A DNA stretch of 63,149 bases, the filler included, from Rhabdomonas costata (taxonomy: Eukaryota): the NCBI GenBank assembly GCA_019059605.1. It is 44 parts of 44 records of this genome, joined end to end, with 100 filler letters (N's around TTAATTAATTAA, not from the genome) between each part and the next. Parts side by side here need not be neighbours in the genome. Positions count along the whole stretch, not along the records: positions 11,509 to 12,842 come from JAHMHO010018940.1; positions 12,943 to 14,280 come from JAHMHO010018941.1; positions 14,381 to 15,718 come from JAHMHO010018942.1; positions 15,819 to 17,154 come from JAHMHO010018943.1; positions 17,255 to 18,592 come from JAHMHO010018944.1; positions 18,693 to 20,030 come from JAHMHO010018945.1; positions 20,131 to 21,468 come from JAHMHO010018946.1; positions 21,569 to 22,906 come from JAHMHO010018947.1; 36 more parts are not named here. One strand, 5' to 3'. A program made the translations under genes and the position numbers. The notes beneath the pieces were generated by a model that did no database searches, had not been told where the DNA came from, and saw only the letters and a list, made by a program, of their open reading frames with translations. Below, in pieces: positions 12,603 to 26,217 of this stretch; positions within the stretch are counted from its first letter, which is position 1; the number at the start of each line of letters is the position of its first letter.

Positions 12603-13006
12603 GTGGGTCCTCGGGTGGACTCAGGAATCCCGGTGTGTGGTGTGGTTTCTTTCTTTTTCTGCCTTTCGTTGCAGTTTTTCTGGATGGCGTTCATCGGAGT
12701 GCAGTTTCTACGGACCGTTTGCCTCCGGGAGTCTATCCTGCAGCAGGGGTAGTAGGGCAAGTAGGTAAGAACTGCAAAACAGGCGCTAGAACTGAGCTCA
12801 GTGGACCGTCCTTGTCAGTGCTTCTAGCCATCACCCAACCACNNNNNNNNNNNNNNNNNNNNNNNNNNNNNNNNNNNNNNNNNNNNTTAATTAATTAANN
12901 NNNNNNNNNNNNNNNNNNNNNNNNNNNNNNNNNNNNNNNNNNTTTTGGGGTTCAGTTGTGGCTCACTGAAATTCCTCAATATTCGTACGTTCCGTTACGT
13001 TCCCAG

Positions 13007-14248
13007 GAACCGCCTTTCCCCGGAGGATTGCTGCCTGCAATGGGCAAACAAGTTCCGCAGCAGGCAGCTGATGCCCGCGATAAGATTCAGTCCCCCCGCT
13101 CGTGATACAAAGATTTGATGAAATCTTCTTCGATTTCTTCGATAACGCTCGTGGGGTTTTGCAGAGGAAGCAGAAAAAAGAGGGCGAGTTAATTCGAGAC
13201 ATTTTGCGATGTTCTCTGCTTGCCGCTGGCGCGAACTCTCGCTCCTCTCTGCTTCCGCAGTTCTTGACTCCAATTACATTGTTGTAGTTCGTGTTTTATT
13301 TATCGATATTTTGCCTGTATTCCCTCGTTACGAGTCTCAAGCCATGTACAGGGAAGGTGAGCTGAAGACCGCAGGAAGACTGGGGGCCAACCCATATACT
13401 GTGAAGACTCTCGTCGGTTTGCTGTGCCTTCTTCTTATTTGTTTTCTTCTATTACTTTTCGGCCACTAACTCACTCAGCACAGTCATCATTTTTACCAAA
13501 TACAAGGGCTCTGTAATTCTTTAGACCTGGTCTTCATAAGTAGCAGTGCATCCCATTGACTTGCTTGCAACTGCCCGCAACTCGCAACTCGCTGACTCTT
13601 CCGGATGGATTAGGTGTTGTTTGGGATGGTTTGTGGTGAATTGGGCGAGCAAACACCATCCCGGAACGGGGCAGGTCATCCAGGGATCACCACCCCAGTC
13701 CGCTTTGTTGCCACCTCGCTCGTCAAGGATGATCTAACCGCATATCCCAAAAAAGTCTCCCGGCGAGAGCAACAATGTCCATGCATCCCAGGGTGCTCTG
13801 CAATGCGGCAAGCTTGCGCCTGTCGTCCACTCACCTCTCACTGACAATCCGATATTGTCGCCTTCCCGCGCACTCTGAATTTCCTGTCGCATTGCTCAAT
13901 GCTTTGAGTTTGTCTCTGAGTGAGACAGTTGTCGGTTTTGCATCCGAGTATATTGCATGAAATCGCATCCAACATCTGCCCGGGTGACTCCTAAAACAGT
14001 TCCCACTCATACCCACCAGGGAACTGGCAGGAGGCGCGGTTTGAGCCCCGCTTCGACCCGGGGCGAGCACGACTGGTCTCTAATGGGGAGCGCAGCTGGC
14101 AGAGCGAGCTGAGCGTGGGCATTGGCAGCTCCGCGGACACCCCCAAGCCCGCCACAGCGGTGGTCGCGGCGACGCAAGGCCGTCCCATGGAGCGGACCTG
14201 GGCACCCAAATCCTCACGCTCCTCCCTAACGGGCCCGGAAATCTCGGG
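13007..14248 (+). CDS. Hypothetical protein, candidate exons 13007-13183 and 14031-14248
   Basis: AG-preceded open segments (NRLSPEDCCLQWANKF...QRKQKKE; EARFEPRFDPGRARLV...GPEIS); no recognisable family and the phases do not join directly. Confidence 0.35.
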
Positions 14249-14380
14249 TGTTGTGTCTGTGTGCACGCTCACACACAACANNNNNNNNNNNNNNNNNNNN
14301 NNNNNNNNNNNNNNNNNNNNNNNNTTAATTAATTAANNNNNNNNNNNNNNNNNNNNNNNNNNNNNNNNNNNNNNNNNNNN

Positions 14381-15072
14381 GTGGGGGTGGAACTTATGTG
14401 GCTTTTGAACCGTTTGTTTATTTCTGCCGGGAGTGTGGTGTTGGTTTACAGCTTCATTGGGTACTGCCTCCTTGGCACTGTGATGCTTGGGCGGGTTACC
14501 TATTACTTCGTGAGCGTCTCGGATACCGCCGTCACCCTGTTCTGCCTGATCAATGGGTTCCGGCGGGCTCCCCCATCCACATATACATCTGCTGTCGCGT
14601 TGCTCACTGGGCACCGTGCCCTCGTATGCTTGCCACTTGAAAAGCTGGGATCCATCATGCGAGAAGCAAAGTCTTGTGTGCGGCGCGGCGCGAATATGAA
14701 GATGTGAGGGTATCTCAACTCCGTGTTCCGCATCACTGATCGTTTTGCGTTTCATCTTTCTTCTCTGACTTAAGAGTATTATTGGGTTGTTGGAGTACAT
14801 TTCTCCATTTCTCCATTGGAAAGTCTTCGTAAGAAGCGCGGAAGACTTCGGATTGCATATGGGTCTTTATTTTGGTGGGGTGGGGTGGGCAGGGACTCCG
14901 TGATGGACATCTTCAGTGCAGTGCACGACCCGACATCGTCTCTGAACACAGTGCTGTCCAGGTTATACCTATTCACCTTCATCCCCTTCACCATTTACGC
15001 CGTGGTCAACGTCTTCCTGGTGATCATGGAGCAGGCTTTCCTGTACTCAATCAAGCTGTGCCAGGACACCGA
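14381..15072 (+). CDS. Mucolipin (TRPML)-like cation channel, S5-pore-S6, partial, exons ~14381-14556 and 14893-15072
   Basis: Spliced TAVTLFCLING/DSVMDIF and SRLYLFTFIPFTIYAVVNVFLVIMEQAF match mucolipin pore (LFSLINGDDM) and S6 (SRLYLYSFISLFIY) patterns; intron GG|GTTCCG...GCAG|G. Confidence 0.82.
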
Positions 15073-17813
15073 GTATGTTGGGGTTCAGCACTTCTTCAAC
15101 TCCTCCACCCCGGCTTATCACATCCCCTCTCGGCATTTCCTGTTGCGGCGCAACACACTCGCTTTAACATATTCCTATACCTCAAACTTATACCAATTTT
15201 GCATTTGAACTTGGAACGAGGGCCTGCTGTGCCTTTCCCAGCGGACCAGTGCTGAACTGTGGATCCACCCACCATTGACATCGTGTGAGGTGCAAGTACG
15301 CTCTTCGCTAGCACTCCTGCATAGTTCGGACCGGTGGTCTCGCTTATGAACTGAGCAGGTTCGTTTTGCTTGTTGCGCTTTCTCTGCATCCCAGTTGAGC
15401 GTGATCCGTAATCCGTGAGCCATTGGGTGCCTCCCAGTCATCTGCTGCACAGATCTTACCTTCCATCGCAGAATTGGCTGCAGAAATTCCAATTAGCACT
15501 TGGCAAGGGTGGTTTTGTGCCATTCACTCCTGGCAGTATGATGACACAAATTTGTGGCCGGGACTACAGGCCCCCTCTGCTGGAGAGCCAGTGCACTCTG
15601 ACCGACCGCCTGCAGAGCCCACACGGGAGTCCTCGGGCTTCCTCCTCAGCCGTGCAGCCGCGAATCGAGCTCTCTGCCCTCCCACCGATTCATCTCGAGC
15701 CACCCGCTGACACTCGGCNNNNNNNNNNNNNNNNNNNNNNNNNNNNNNNNNNNNNNNNNNNNTTAATTAATTAANNNNNNNNNNNNNNNNNNNNNNNNNN
15801 NNNNNNNNNNNNNNNNNNGGGGGTTCGTCAAGGTAACAAACCTGCTGAATGAAAACACAGGATTGTCACGTTGAAAGAAAGGTAGTTGTTTATGCTGGCT
15901 TCTTATTCTTGCTTCTTGTTTGGTTTTTGTTTCTCTCCTTTCTCGTCTTGTGAGTTTTGACGGAAATTCAAAATCCTGAAAGTCAAAGTTGAAAAAATCC
16001 AGTAAAAATTTGAGGAAAAAGTAACGCGAAAACGTCCTATTATCGACGTGTGGGTGCACTCTCGTGCCGTTTCAACCCCTTGCCAAAGCACCAGAACAGC
16101 ACATTTGTACAGACAGTGGTCGATCATGTGGAGCATTGCCTTGTGGCAGCACTGTGCCTGAGCACCGCTCACTGCACACTGCTGAAGTGGAAGAGAGGCC
16201 CCGAACGCGATGAAATAGATAAAACGCGGGTGCAGCTGAACAGGCAGCTCTCCTCCTCTTGCCGGTTTCTTTCCTTCACAGGCCGACGCTTCTGGCTGCT
16301 GTTCTCGTGCGGCAGCACGCTCGGCTGCGCCAGCCGAGAACATTGCCTTGCAGGTTCTCTCAGAGATAGCCATTCTGCAGCAACCTGGGCTTCAGTTCGC
16401 TTCGGAGAAGTGCCCCTGTGCTGGCTCAGACGTGGTTGTCACAAGATGTGTACTTTTTTGTTGACCTAGGTCGTCATCTAAATGAATCCGCTCCTCGACT
16501 CTCAAATTTTCCTCGAGTGCAACATTAGCAAGCCACTGGCTTTAGGTTTCTTCCCCGTTTTTCCGAAGGTGCTCGTCTGGAGTGGAACTTTTTGAGCAGG
16601 TTTGATTCGTCGTCGCAAAGTGTGCAAAGTGTGACCATCTTACGATGAATGCTAAGGTCGCTGCTATTTTGTGCGCCCTGCGCATGCTGTTTTGAATTGC
16701 ATTACTTGCAATCTTTGAAATCCCTTCACTTTCCTCAGAGCGAAAGGTGGATGCTTGCAGGGCTATTTCCCCTGTTGCAAACGTGCGATCCTCCTCCCTC
16801 CTTCCTCCTCCCTCCTCCCTATGCGGCACCTCAGGCGGCTTCTCGTGGGCCGCGGAGGCGACAACCTAAGGCCTCACGCTCCACACCGCCGAAGCGGAAG
16901 AAGCCCGAGAAGGGTCCTTGTGCGCTTTACTTGGTGCCGTTTGCCGTAACGCAACTTTTCGGTTGTGGTATTTGTTTCTTATGAGGGGTAATGATTATCA
17001 TTATTGAATTGCTGCGAGGCAATTTGGGCAACTGCGTGTGGCATGCGGTGACCTGACATTTGCAGGAATGTATTGATTCCGTAACACGAACCGCAAGGCC
17101 ACAATAATGGCTGCAAAACTCACACATAACAGCGATCAGAAGAAGCTGAGCCGANNNNNNNNNNNNNNNNNNNNNNNNNNNNNNNNNNNNNNNNNNNNTT
17201 AATTAATTAANNNNNNNNNNNNNNNNNNNNNNNNNNNNNNNNNNNNNNNNNNNNGGTTTGTGTGGCAAGGAAATTTAGTGTGGATGCGAATGTAGGGAAT
17301 ATAGAATTTGTATTATTACTACCTATTATTTCTATTATTATTCTCAGCCCGCCCCTCTTCCCACCCGTCCAGCTTCCTCCCTCTTCTCATCTTGTGTTTG
17401 TCCATGACGCGACTTTCGACTTTCAGTCATGTTGGCTGACTGTTCAGTTTGCTTGCCTTAATCGCCTGTGTTCCCAATCTTAGAAATTTTGTGATTCCCT
17501 GCGTTTAATATTGTAAGCGGAAATAGAGACCGCTTTTGCGGGTTCCCTTCCTCATTTTTATTACAGGTGCTTTAAAAACAACTTTGTATTTTTTATATAA
17601 TATTTATAATGTCTCGTGATCATCAAACAATTGAACAGACACAGCAGACGAAACAGGGTAGGCAGGATGATAGCATACAAAAAGATGCGGCTGCACAATC
17701 AGACTGTGGAGCACTTGAGATTCATTTGACAGTTGGCTCAGCCCCCTTCATATTCTGATGATCTTTAATAGCAACCTTTGCAACGGTCCAGGTGGTCCAG
17801 GTGAAGAACGCAC

Positions 17814-18006
17814 CTTCATCCCAGTCCAACCGGATGGGACGGCCACCCAGTTTCTTGCCGTTTAACTCGTCGTACGCTCGCTGACAATCCCGCGGCGTCT
17901 CGAACTCAATGAAAGCAAAACCCTTCGAGCGGCTGGTGACCGGGTCCCGAGGCATCGTGATTTCCACCACACGGCAAACGCGGTCAAAAACATCCCAGAT
18001 CTCCTT
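17814..18006 (-). CDS. RRM RNA-binding protein, internal exon
   Basis: KEIWDVFDRVCRVVEITMPRDPVTSRSKGFAFIEFETPRDCQRAYDELNGKKLGGRPIRLDWDE with RNP1 KGFAFIEF; bounded by GCAG| and |GTGCGT. Confidence 0.92.
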
Positions 18007-20134
18007 CTGCAATAAAAACGGCGAGCAATTGATCGCAAAAAAGCAGGAGCGTTGGCAGGAGTAAAAGCGCTAGGAAAGGATTAACAGGACAAAAAGAGTG
18101 TAATGCTGCCGCATTCCTTTTATGCGGTTCGCGCAAATGGGGTGCCACCAGCAAATAAAGGGGGGGGGGGAAATACCGGCCGAACCCATTCTGCAAAATG
18201 CGTTTCCTGCAGAAAATTGGGCCTAAAAAAATATGCAAAGATATTCGTTTTCTCAGTTCTTGTCTTTTGCTTCTTTCCGTTTTGCTCGGCTTCCTTTCTC
18301 TCTCGCTCTATCACTACCTTGGTAAATTGTCTTTTTGTGGCTGTCTCGGTACCTAGGTACCTTGTTCCTCGCCCCGCTGTTGCCCGTTCCGTTCCACTTT
18401 TCTCTGTGATTTCTGTGTATTTGCAACTGAACTGTTGTGACGCAGGCGTGAGTATAACCCTTTTGGGGGTGTCTTTTTCTGTTCTGAACTTTTTTGAGGA
18501 GTTATGTGCATGGTTAGTTTCAAATATGCGTTTTCAGCAGAACCGCCCGAAAACGTTTTTTTTAAAAGGCAAAAATGTGCAAACCCCCCCCCNNNNNNNN
18601 NNNNNNNNNNNNNNNNNNNNNNNNNNNNNNNNNNNNTTAATTAATTAANNNNNNNNNNNNNNNNNNNNNNNNNNNNNNNNNNNNNNNNNNNNTGTGTGGT
18701 GTCGAGGAACTTACATCAAGCAAGCATAGAAGATCCTGAGATTTGCGGCGCGGCCCTGGTGGATGCAGCAGAACGTCGAGGGGCACAGAGATTACTCGTG
18801 CTGGAGGGTATGCCTTTATCTGTTATCCTTTTGCGCTATATCGTTCTAATGACTGCATTTGCCTGCATGCACAGTGCTGAAAAACAAGCCACCCCAACCC
18901 TCAGCAATGTATTTTTACCAATTCGGTGGAAAAAGAACAGTTTCACACATCGCACGAGGGATTTTTGCTGAAAAAATGATGTCTCCGCAGGTGTGGTGTT
19001 GCGCGATGCCGTTCAATGGGATACGAACTGCTTCTGATCTGCAATAGACTTTTTGCAGTGGAAACGCTACTGCACCGAGATGCCTCGAGTACCGCTGTAT
19101 CTCGGGCATATCAGGAACCCAACATGGGGGATGGCTTTTGTGTGAAAAACACTCTGTGCAGTCCCAGTGCCGGTGCATCGGGACCCGCTTTGTGAGCACG
19201 CTGGTGTTGAATTTTGTCCACTTTTGTGTCATTCATGAAATGCTGTGTGTCAACAGGATTTTCTCACTTTACGCTTTTGGCGTCACGGGGTCAGGCATTC
19301 ACCAAATTCCGGTATATCACCGCTGTGCTCGCTGCGTTGCACTCAAATTGTTTCTCCCCTTTGTTTTTTTACCGGGCTCGCTTCACATCTAACTCTCAAA
19401 ATTGTTGATGAAGTGATTTGGTTCGCTTATCGTGTGCTTTGCTAGTGCTATGGTGTCATGCTGGTCGTGGCGTGTTCAACGGGGAAAGGAAAGCCCTGGT
19501 TTAGGTACTTCAAGGTATTTTAATGATATGAATCGGTCGTGCCGATTCGCATCTCATTAAGTATTTACAATGGCTTCAGCGGCCACATTCGTGGTTGTGA
19601 AGTGTAGCCTTCTTTTTCTCTGATCAGAGTGTTAAGTCTTTGTCTTCTCTTTGCCCTGCACCGGGCTTCCGTAGCGCCCCGTTTGGGGGCCTTGATCTAC
19701 GAAGCCTGGAACGATGAGAAGGGCCTCAATCGGCTTTCTTCTCTCCGCTTTGGTACTTGTTCACTTCAGCTCATGATTTTTTTTGGCTCGGCTGGCTCTT
19801 TGTATTTGTTTCGAACGCCATACAGTGAAAGTGTGTCCGAAATTTCGCTTCAGAGGTTATGCATGTCGCGACCTCTCTCATAGACGAGGTATCCCTTGTA
19901 ATGGTTCCTGGCGCTGTGCTGCTGCTTTCTGTGACTGCCCTTTTTCCTCGCTTTTTCTCCGGCAGCTTTTCAGCGGCTACCCTGGATACCCCCTTGCGGC
20001 TCGGGCATTCACCTCTGCTCACTCCCAACANNNNNNNNNNNNNNNNNNNNNNNNNNNNNNNNNNNNNNNNNNNNTTAATTAATTAANNNNNNNNNNNNNN
20101 NNNNNNNNNNNNNNNNNNNNNNNNNNNNNNTGTT

Positions 20135-20206
20135 GGGGGAGATGTGGTGTGAGTGAGTGATGAGTTAGCATGCTAACTCATCACTCACTCACACCACATC
20201 TCCCCC
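20135..20206. repeat. Perfect 72-bp palindrome at contig start (fold-back)
   Basis: 36-bp arms, no loop, centre between 20170 and 20171. Confidence 0.92.
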
Positions 20207-21035
20207 GGCACCCCGTTCAAAGACATAACAGCAGCATATTCCTGCAATGTTTTCGAAGAGAAGAAGGCTAACAGCACTAGGAAGTGATCTCCTGTTGTAA
20301 TCGCAAAGGGAGGTGAGCATAGGGGATATAGCGATTGCCCCAAGTTCCTCCCAGAGAGCCTCGTAGTGTTTGGACAACTATCGCACTTTCTGTCTCAGGT
20401 GGTGAAGTGGAAGTTGGTGGAGGCCCCGGAAGATGGTGAGCTGTTCTACGATTCACATGGTATTTGTGAACGGGGGAGGTTGTGTGCTTCTGGTTCAAGT
20501 TCCAGGAGCGAAGACAAAAAAGGGGAGCCAGGCAAACACCGCAAAGCAGCCGTAGCTTTGATGCAAAGACGTATCTTGGAAGGACAGGGGAGTGAAGAAG
20601 GAGACGGGATGGAAAGACGTTATACACCAGGATATGGCCCAGCTTTGCACCGCGCTGCAAAAATAGCCCAAGCTTGAGCAATGTCGCAGAGGCAGAGACT
20701 TTTTGAGTGCCTTCCTTCTTTGCACAGATGTGATTCATAGGTTCAGCGTTTTTGGAGCTTCTAGAGCTGTCAGGAGTTGCGGAAAAGAAAAAAGACTCAA
20801 CACCGCCATAAGCACGTTACATCAAAAACAAATGTGCGTCGAATTCTCCGGATCACCCGTTCTAACGACTTTTTTGCGTGCTTCGGTTCAGCCCTCTTCG
20901 ACGACCCTATTTTCCCCTTGAAAAAATCACCGCCGGTTATTATGATTCCCTCCGCTCGCCTCCGTTGACTCAAGTGCTTTTGAAACGTCGCCGAACACCC
21001 TTTGGACATGTCCCCCCCTCCCCGGCTTTCGTACA

Positions 21036-21290
21036 ATGGCGGCACCAACCAAAGGGAAGGAGCTGGTGGAGGTGGGCTCGGAGCCTCCCTCGGGGCTCTC
21101 TCCCCGCAAGCGGTGGATGGTGTACTTCCGGGCCGCTCGGTCCCCGCTTGCGGCCGGGGTGCTGCGCCAGGCGCGGTTCCAGTACACCGTGGAGACGCAC
21201 TCCGGGGTGGTCTCTGCTCGTCCCGCCACGGTCACGGTGGAGGTGCTGTCGTGCGCCGAGCTGCGGTACCACCTGCGAGCCCTAAGCTGG
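21036..21290 (+). CDS. Hypothetical protein exon
   Basis: GC3-rich open frame MAAPTKGKELVEVG...CAELRYHLRALSW ending at TGG|GTATGT; family not recognised. Confidence 0.5.
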
Positions 21291-24200
21291 GTATGTGGGG
21301 TATGTGCAATGCAATGTCACGCTTCGCATTAAAAGTGAGGATTTTGGACGTCCTACCAAGTGGCGTGCGAAACAACACAGCACCGAGGCAAAGTGGTGAG
21401 CAGATGTCCCTTATCACCTAGAATTTCTTTTTTCTCTGTTATTTTTTCGCTACTGAATCCCAAAAAAANNNNNNNNNNNNNNNNNNNNNNNNNNNNNNNN
21501 NNNNNNNNNNNNTTAATTAATTAANNNNNNNNNNNNNNNNNNNNNNNNNNNNNNNNNNNNNNNNNNNNGGGTGTTTAGCTTTTGATGTTTCATGCTTTAT
21601 TTATGCTGAACATAATCAATGTGTTTGACACCTACGTTCAGCGGAAAGTAATGAAACATCAAAAGCCAGGCACCCTCGACGAAGCAGTGGAGCGCTCGTG
21701 GGAAGTTTTTCGAACCACGCCGCTCCATCTGCCACAACATGCTGCGGCTGCGCAAACGGCGTACGCGTAGTTCGCGTCCGCGTCGCCACCAGTGGCTCAA
21801 TGGCAGCAACTAATGCAGTTGGACACGGTGAGGCACTCGCCGCTCAAGTCCACACCAGTGTACTCCAATGTGCGGACGATGTCGCAATACAACGTCTTTT
21901 CTGGATGAACGGTCGAGAAAACCTTTGGAAGGAGCTAATATCTTCACCTAGATGTTGCGCATATCTTCAGCGTGCAGCAAGAACGCGAGACTAGACTGGC
22001 GGAAACTGGCAGAGCTACAGGAAGCAAGAAGGGCATATGGAGCGTGTCAGATCCACCTCCCACTCTTCTGTTTCCTATCGGAAGTCTTGGAAATCATCAG
22101 CTTCTTGCAGATCCAGCAGACTACACTAGGACCAGAGATAGCGTCCATCTCTTCATTTTAGATAAAAATAGCGGAGCATAGAAGGTAGAGATCTCATGTA
22201 CAAGGAGCGCCGATACCGCATAGACAGAAACAGGCCTCAAAATGGAGAGCGCAGTGACAAAGGCAAACGCTGCTAGCCTCCAATTTCTATAGTGACTCCA
22301 GGTGGAGAGCCTGTTTTTTTGCGGTGGGGAAGATCACTGGGCTTCCACGTTTCCCAAGAAGCGAGAGGATGAGAGAAAGTACGGGATGACACCACCATGT
22401 TTGTCGTACTCTTCTTTGATGCAGTCGTAAAAAGTGAGGGGTAGTTGAGTTGGGCTTCATAGAACAAACACTGTGTGCACAACACCACAACGCGTCAGTG
22501 TTGTAACGTATATCCATTGATTTATCTTGTTACTTGATGATAGTGACTCTATCGATATCGGTAAGCTGAGTCTGTTACGCAGCAGTGCAGACAGATGAAT
22601 GGATTTTGCATTGAGGAGCGCCTAGTCACGCTTACCAGTGCACATTCAGATTGAGGAGCCGCAAAATCATATGTCGACTGCGTAGGTTAGGAAAGTAGAT
22701 CAGACACTACAGTTCCACAGGAGCACGTGCGTAGCAAGCCTGGAGATGACTGCAGCTGCTAGTGCGAACATCTGGCCGACTAGTTTACAGTTGTCGTAAC
22801 AGCTGGATCTCGCGTGCGGAGAGCCCCCCATTGAGCGCCAGCAGCTTGCATGTAATCCTATGTCATGAAAGCAAGATGTTGCCTGCGTATAGCCATCCAC
22901 CCACCCNNNNNNNNNNNNNNNNNNNNNNNNNNNNNNNNNNNNNNNNNNNNTTAATTAATTAANNNNNNNNNNNNNNNNNNNNNNNNNNNNNNNNNNNNNN
23001 NNNNNNGGTTGGTGTTTGCTGTGAGCACACCAGGTTTTCCGGTTTTCCCTCCCCACCTGTGTCCCTGTTTTCACGAATTCATTGGTTTTCTCCCCCTCTC
23101 CCCTCTGTGGGATATCCGTGTTTGGTTTCGCTGTGGTGCGCGTTGGGGCGTTGAGGGTGTTAGATTGGATCTTTGTGGCATCTGGTCTGACTATGAGCTG
23201 TTGAGTACAGTGGTAATGTGGGTTGTGGAAGGCTGCTGTACCCGTCTTGCTGCGTGTGGCTTAGCACCTTGACAAGTGCAGGCCGTTAGAAATGTCCCGA
23301 TTCGCGGTTATCTTCGGGGATTCTCTCAGACGCTGTTATAGACACTCCCCCCACTCATCTGTGTCTCCCTTTCCCTGTCGTCGACCGGATAGCTGGCACT
23401 GTGCTGTTGCGTCGCAGCTAGTGCAACAGCTGTGCGTTCGAACACAGCTGTATTCCGCTCAGCACATCTTTTTTGTTACATGTCCCATCGTTTCGTGAGG
23501 TGAACTATGAGTGTGCATATCCCCCCCCCGATGTACCCTGTCGTGCCATTTCTGTTTGTTGTCTGCGCGGAAACTTCTGGTAGTGCATATATTGCCATGG
23601 AGTTTTTCACTTAACTCTCACTGTGGGGGCTGGTTGGGGTTGAAGGCCGAAGAACTTGCTGCTGGTGGCCGCAGTCTTTTCTGCATGTCATAGGACGAGT
23701 TTGGGTCTTGGGTCTGCCTCAGCTCTCCATCTGCCTTCCCACAGTTAGGTAGCTACGTAAAGCGCCGTACTTCGTTTGTACATCACACGTCACGCAACCA
23801 CAACTCCAGATGTGTTCAACGAAGTGCCCCGGTGTGCCTTGTCGTGGCACCGCCAAACAATGGCCCTCACCACTGGCCCGGACCTCACAAGGGGGACCAG
23901 GCATACCTCTCCTACGATTAGAAACCGTCAGTCGCGTCAGTTGGAAAGTCGATCCTTTCCCACCAAAACCCTCACTTCCAGCTCCACTGCATTCCCCAAC
24001 GTGGCGACCACCCCGGTTCCCATCCCAGATCCACGCTTGATTACCAACGCACCAAAGACGTGCGCAAAGCTGCGGAGAAACTGCATGGCTGGTCTGTCTG
24101 TTGTATTTTCAAGCAAAGTGTGAGGTTGGATTGTTCTCCAGTTTATACAGCGTAGCCAATAAGTTACAATCGGCAGAAAAGGCAGAGGTTTTGAAAGAGA

Positions 24201-24451
24201 GAGGTTTGAGAGAGGTTTTGAAATGCAGGGAGGGTGCGTGAAATTGGCAGGGGTGGGGGAGATGCACATCTAAACAACATCTAAACAAAGAAGCATTGTA
24301 TTTCTATTCCTAGTGCATACGGTGGGTGTGCTACCACAACCCCCNNNNNNNNNNNNNNNNNNNNNNNNNNNNNNNNNNNNNNNNNNNNTTAATTAATTAA
24401 NNNNNNNNNNNNNNNNNNNNNNNNNNNNNNNNNNNNNNNNNNNNTGTGGTT

Positions 24452-24463
24452 GTGAGTGAGTGA

Positions 24464-24494
<31 letters not shown>

Positions 24495-24495
24495 T
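24452..24495. repeat. (GTGA)n-(GT)n microsatellite
   Basis: Directly visible at the contig start. Confidence 0.9.
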
Positions 24496-26217
24496 AACGA
24501 AGATACAGAGGAGTGGACGTAGTGGTGGCATGGTTATGGTTGAGACTTTTTTATGCTTGTGGATACGGCTATATTAACAGCAAAAGTTCACACACAGAAA
24601 GATGTTTCGAGAAACCCAGCCGCGGCCTTTCATTCTCCTAGTCATCTTCGGATGAGTCAACCTCACTTGCAGCAGCGCGCATGTACACTTCGGCCACAAT
24701 CATCCAGCGATGTGGAGGCACGTTGCCCTCCGTATGTCGTAAGAGTACAGCATCTACCCCCCAACCCTCTGAATACCCCCTCTGGTACGCATCTTGGGAT
24801 GGGGAAGTCACTCTCAGCATCTCTTAGCGGTGGATTGGCTCACAGGTCATCATCACATCACCCTCCAACATCACCCCTTGGTCTCGCCCACCTTCTCCAC
24901 GTGGTGCCAAGCGTTGACAGTGGCTGGGATATACCCGATGCCCTGTAGCCTCTCACCAGGGTTCTACACACAACCATCAACAGAGGTAGCGTACCACAAC
25001 CCCTATGCTGTACACCGCTGGGGTTAGGTCACATCTACCACGTTGGGTTGACGTGTAGCCCTTGACACACCTTGTGATGACATGGCGTACTGTGTGGGGT
25101 TCGGCAGGTCACCAGCATCACCATCAATCCCATCAACACAAGGGTAGCCATGACATGACACCATGAACAACCTTATGCTGGTGCTGAGGGTGAGTGAGTT
25201 GGAGAGGTCCTGACCACCACCACACAGCCATGACATCACCACACTGGGTAGAGCGCTAACCGTACACCTTACGCACAGTACTATAGGCGTCTGGCGGTTT
25301 CTGTCCTCTCGCGGAGGTATGCGAGACGTAGGGACACGAAGCAAAGGTCAGCTAGAGACACGAATCCAGGCATACAAACGAGGCTACAATGGGTAAGAAA
25401 GGCATGGTTGATGGAAACACGACCCAACGCTACAGAACCCAGATACACGATCCACGATACACGCTTTGCCGACCCACCAACATCAACGGATACCCTTACC
25501 AACACCAACACCAACGCATACACATCCAGATACATGGGTAATCTGCCTACTAAATCCGTTCATCACTTCGTCGTGGGCCTAGGCGTTCCACCCCTAGACC
25601 CGGTGATACTTACGGCTGGGTTCGTACGAATACGGGGTTGCCACTGCCCACTGCTCATGACTCCAGGTTCACCTAGGTTCAACTTATTTCGCCTTCTCCA
25701 TTCCTGCGCATAGAGCCCCCGAAGGGACCAGAAGAGACCGAATGCCAATAGCCGATACATAGAGAGCCTGTGTTCCAAACCCACANNNNNNNNNNNNNNN
25801 NNNNNNNNNNNNNNNNNNNNNNNNNNNNNTTAATTAATTAANNNNNNNNNNNNNNNNNNNNNNNNNNNNNNNNNNNNNNNNNNNNGGTGTGTGGGGGTAG
25901 AACAGGTGAGCCAAGACGTAAAACGGGAGTGGTGGTTTTGTTGCAGTGGCTACATTGGGCCCTGCGAACTGCGAAGGGGTTGGAGGTCTTGGCTTGAAGC
26001 GCCGGTATGTCAGCAAGCAGGCAGGGAAACGAAAGTTTCCAAAGAAAACCAGCTTTTTTCCATCGGGAGGGTTTGATTATAACCATGGTTATAATCAACC
26101 AGGTTTTTTGTTACAGCCCTGAACAGGACAGTCAGTTAATCGTCAACATTTGCTTTTGTGCAAATATATGTCGGAAATGGTTCACGTTTGCCAACAATGG
26201 TTTGGAGAGAAACATGC

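Noticed and set aside
16834..16912. KH-like motif RLLVGRGGDNLR
   Set aside because: The following residues (PHAPHRRSGRS) do not fit the KH fold and the frame is ambiguous.
21600..22900. Possible decayed LTR-retrotransposon gag (KPGTLDEAVERS)
   Set aside because: Only a short motif; no zinc knuckle, protease, reverse transcriptase or LTR could be identified.
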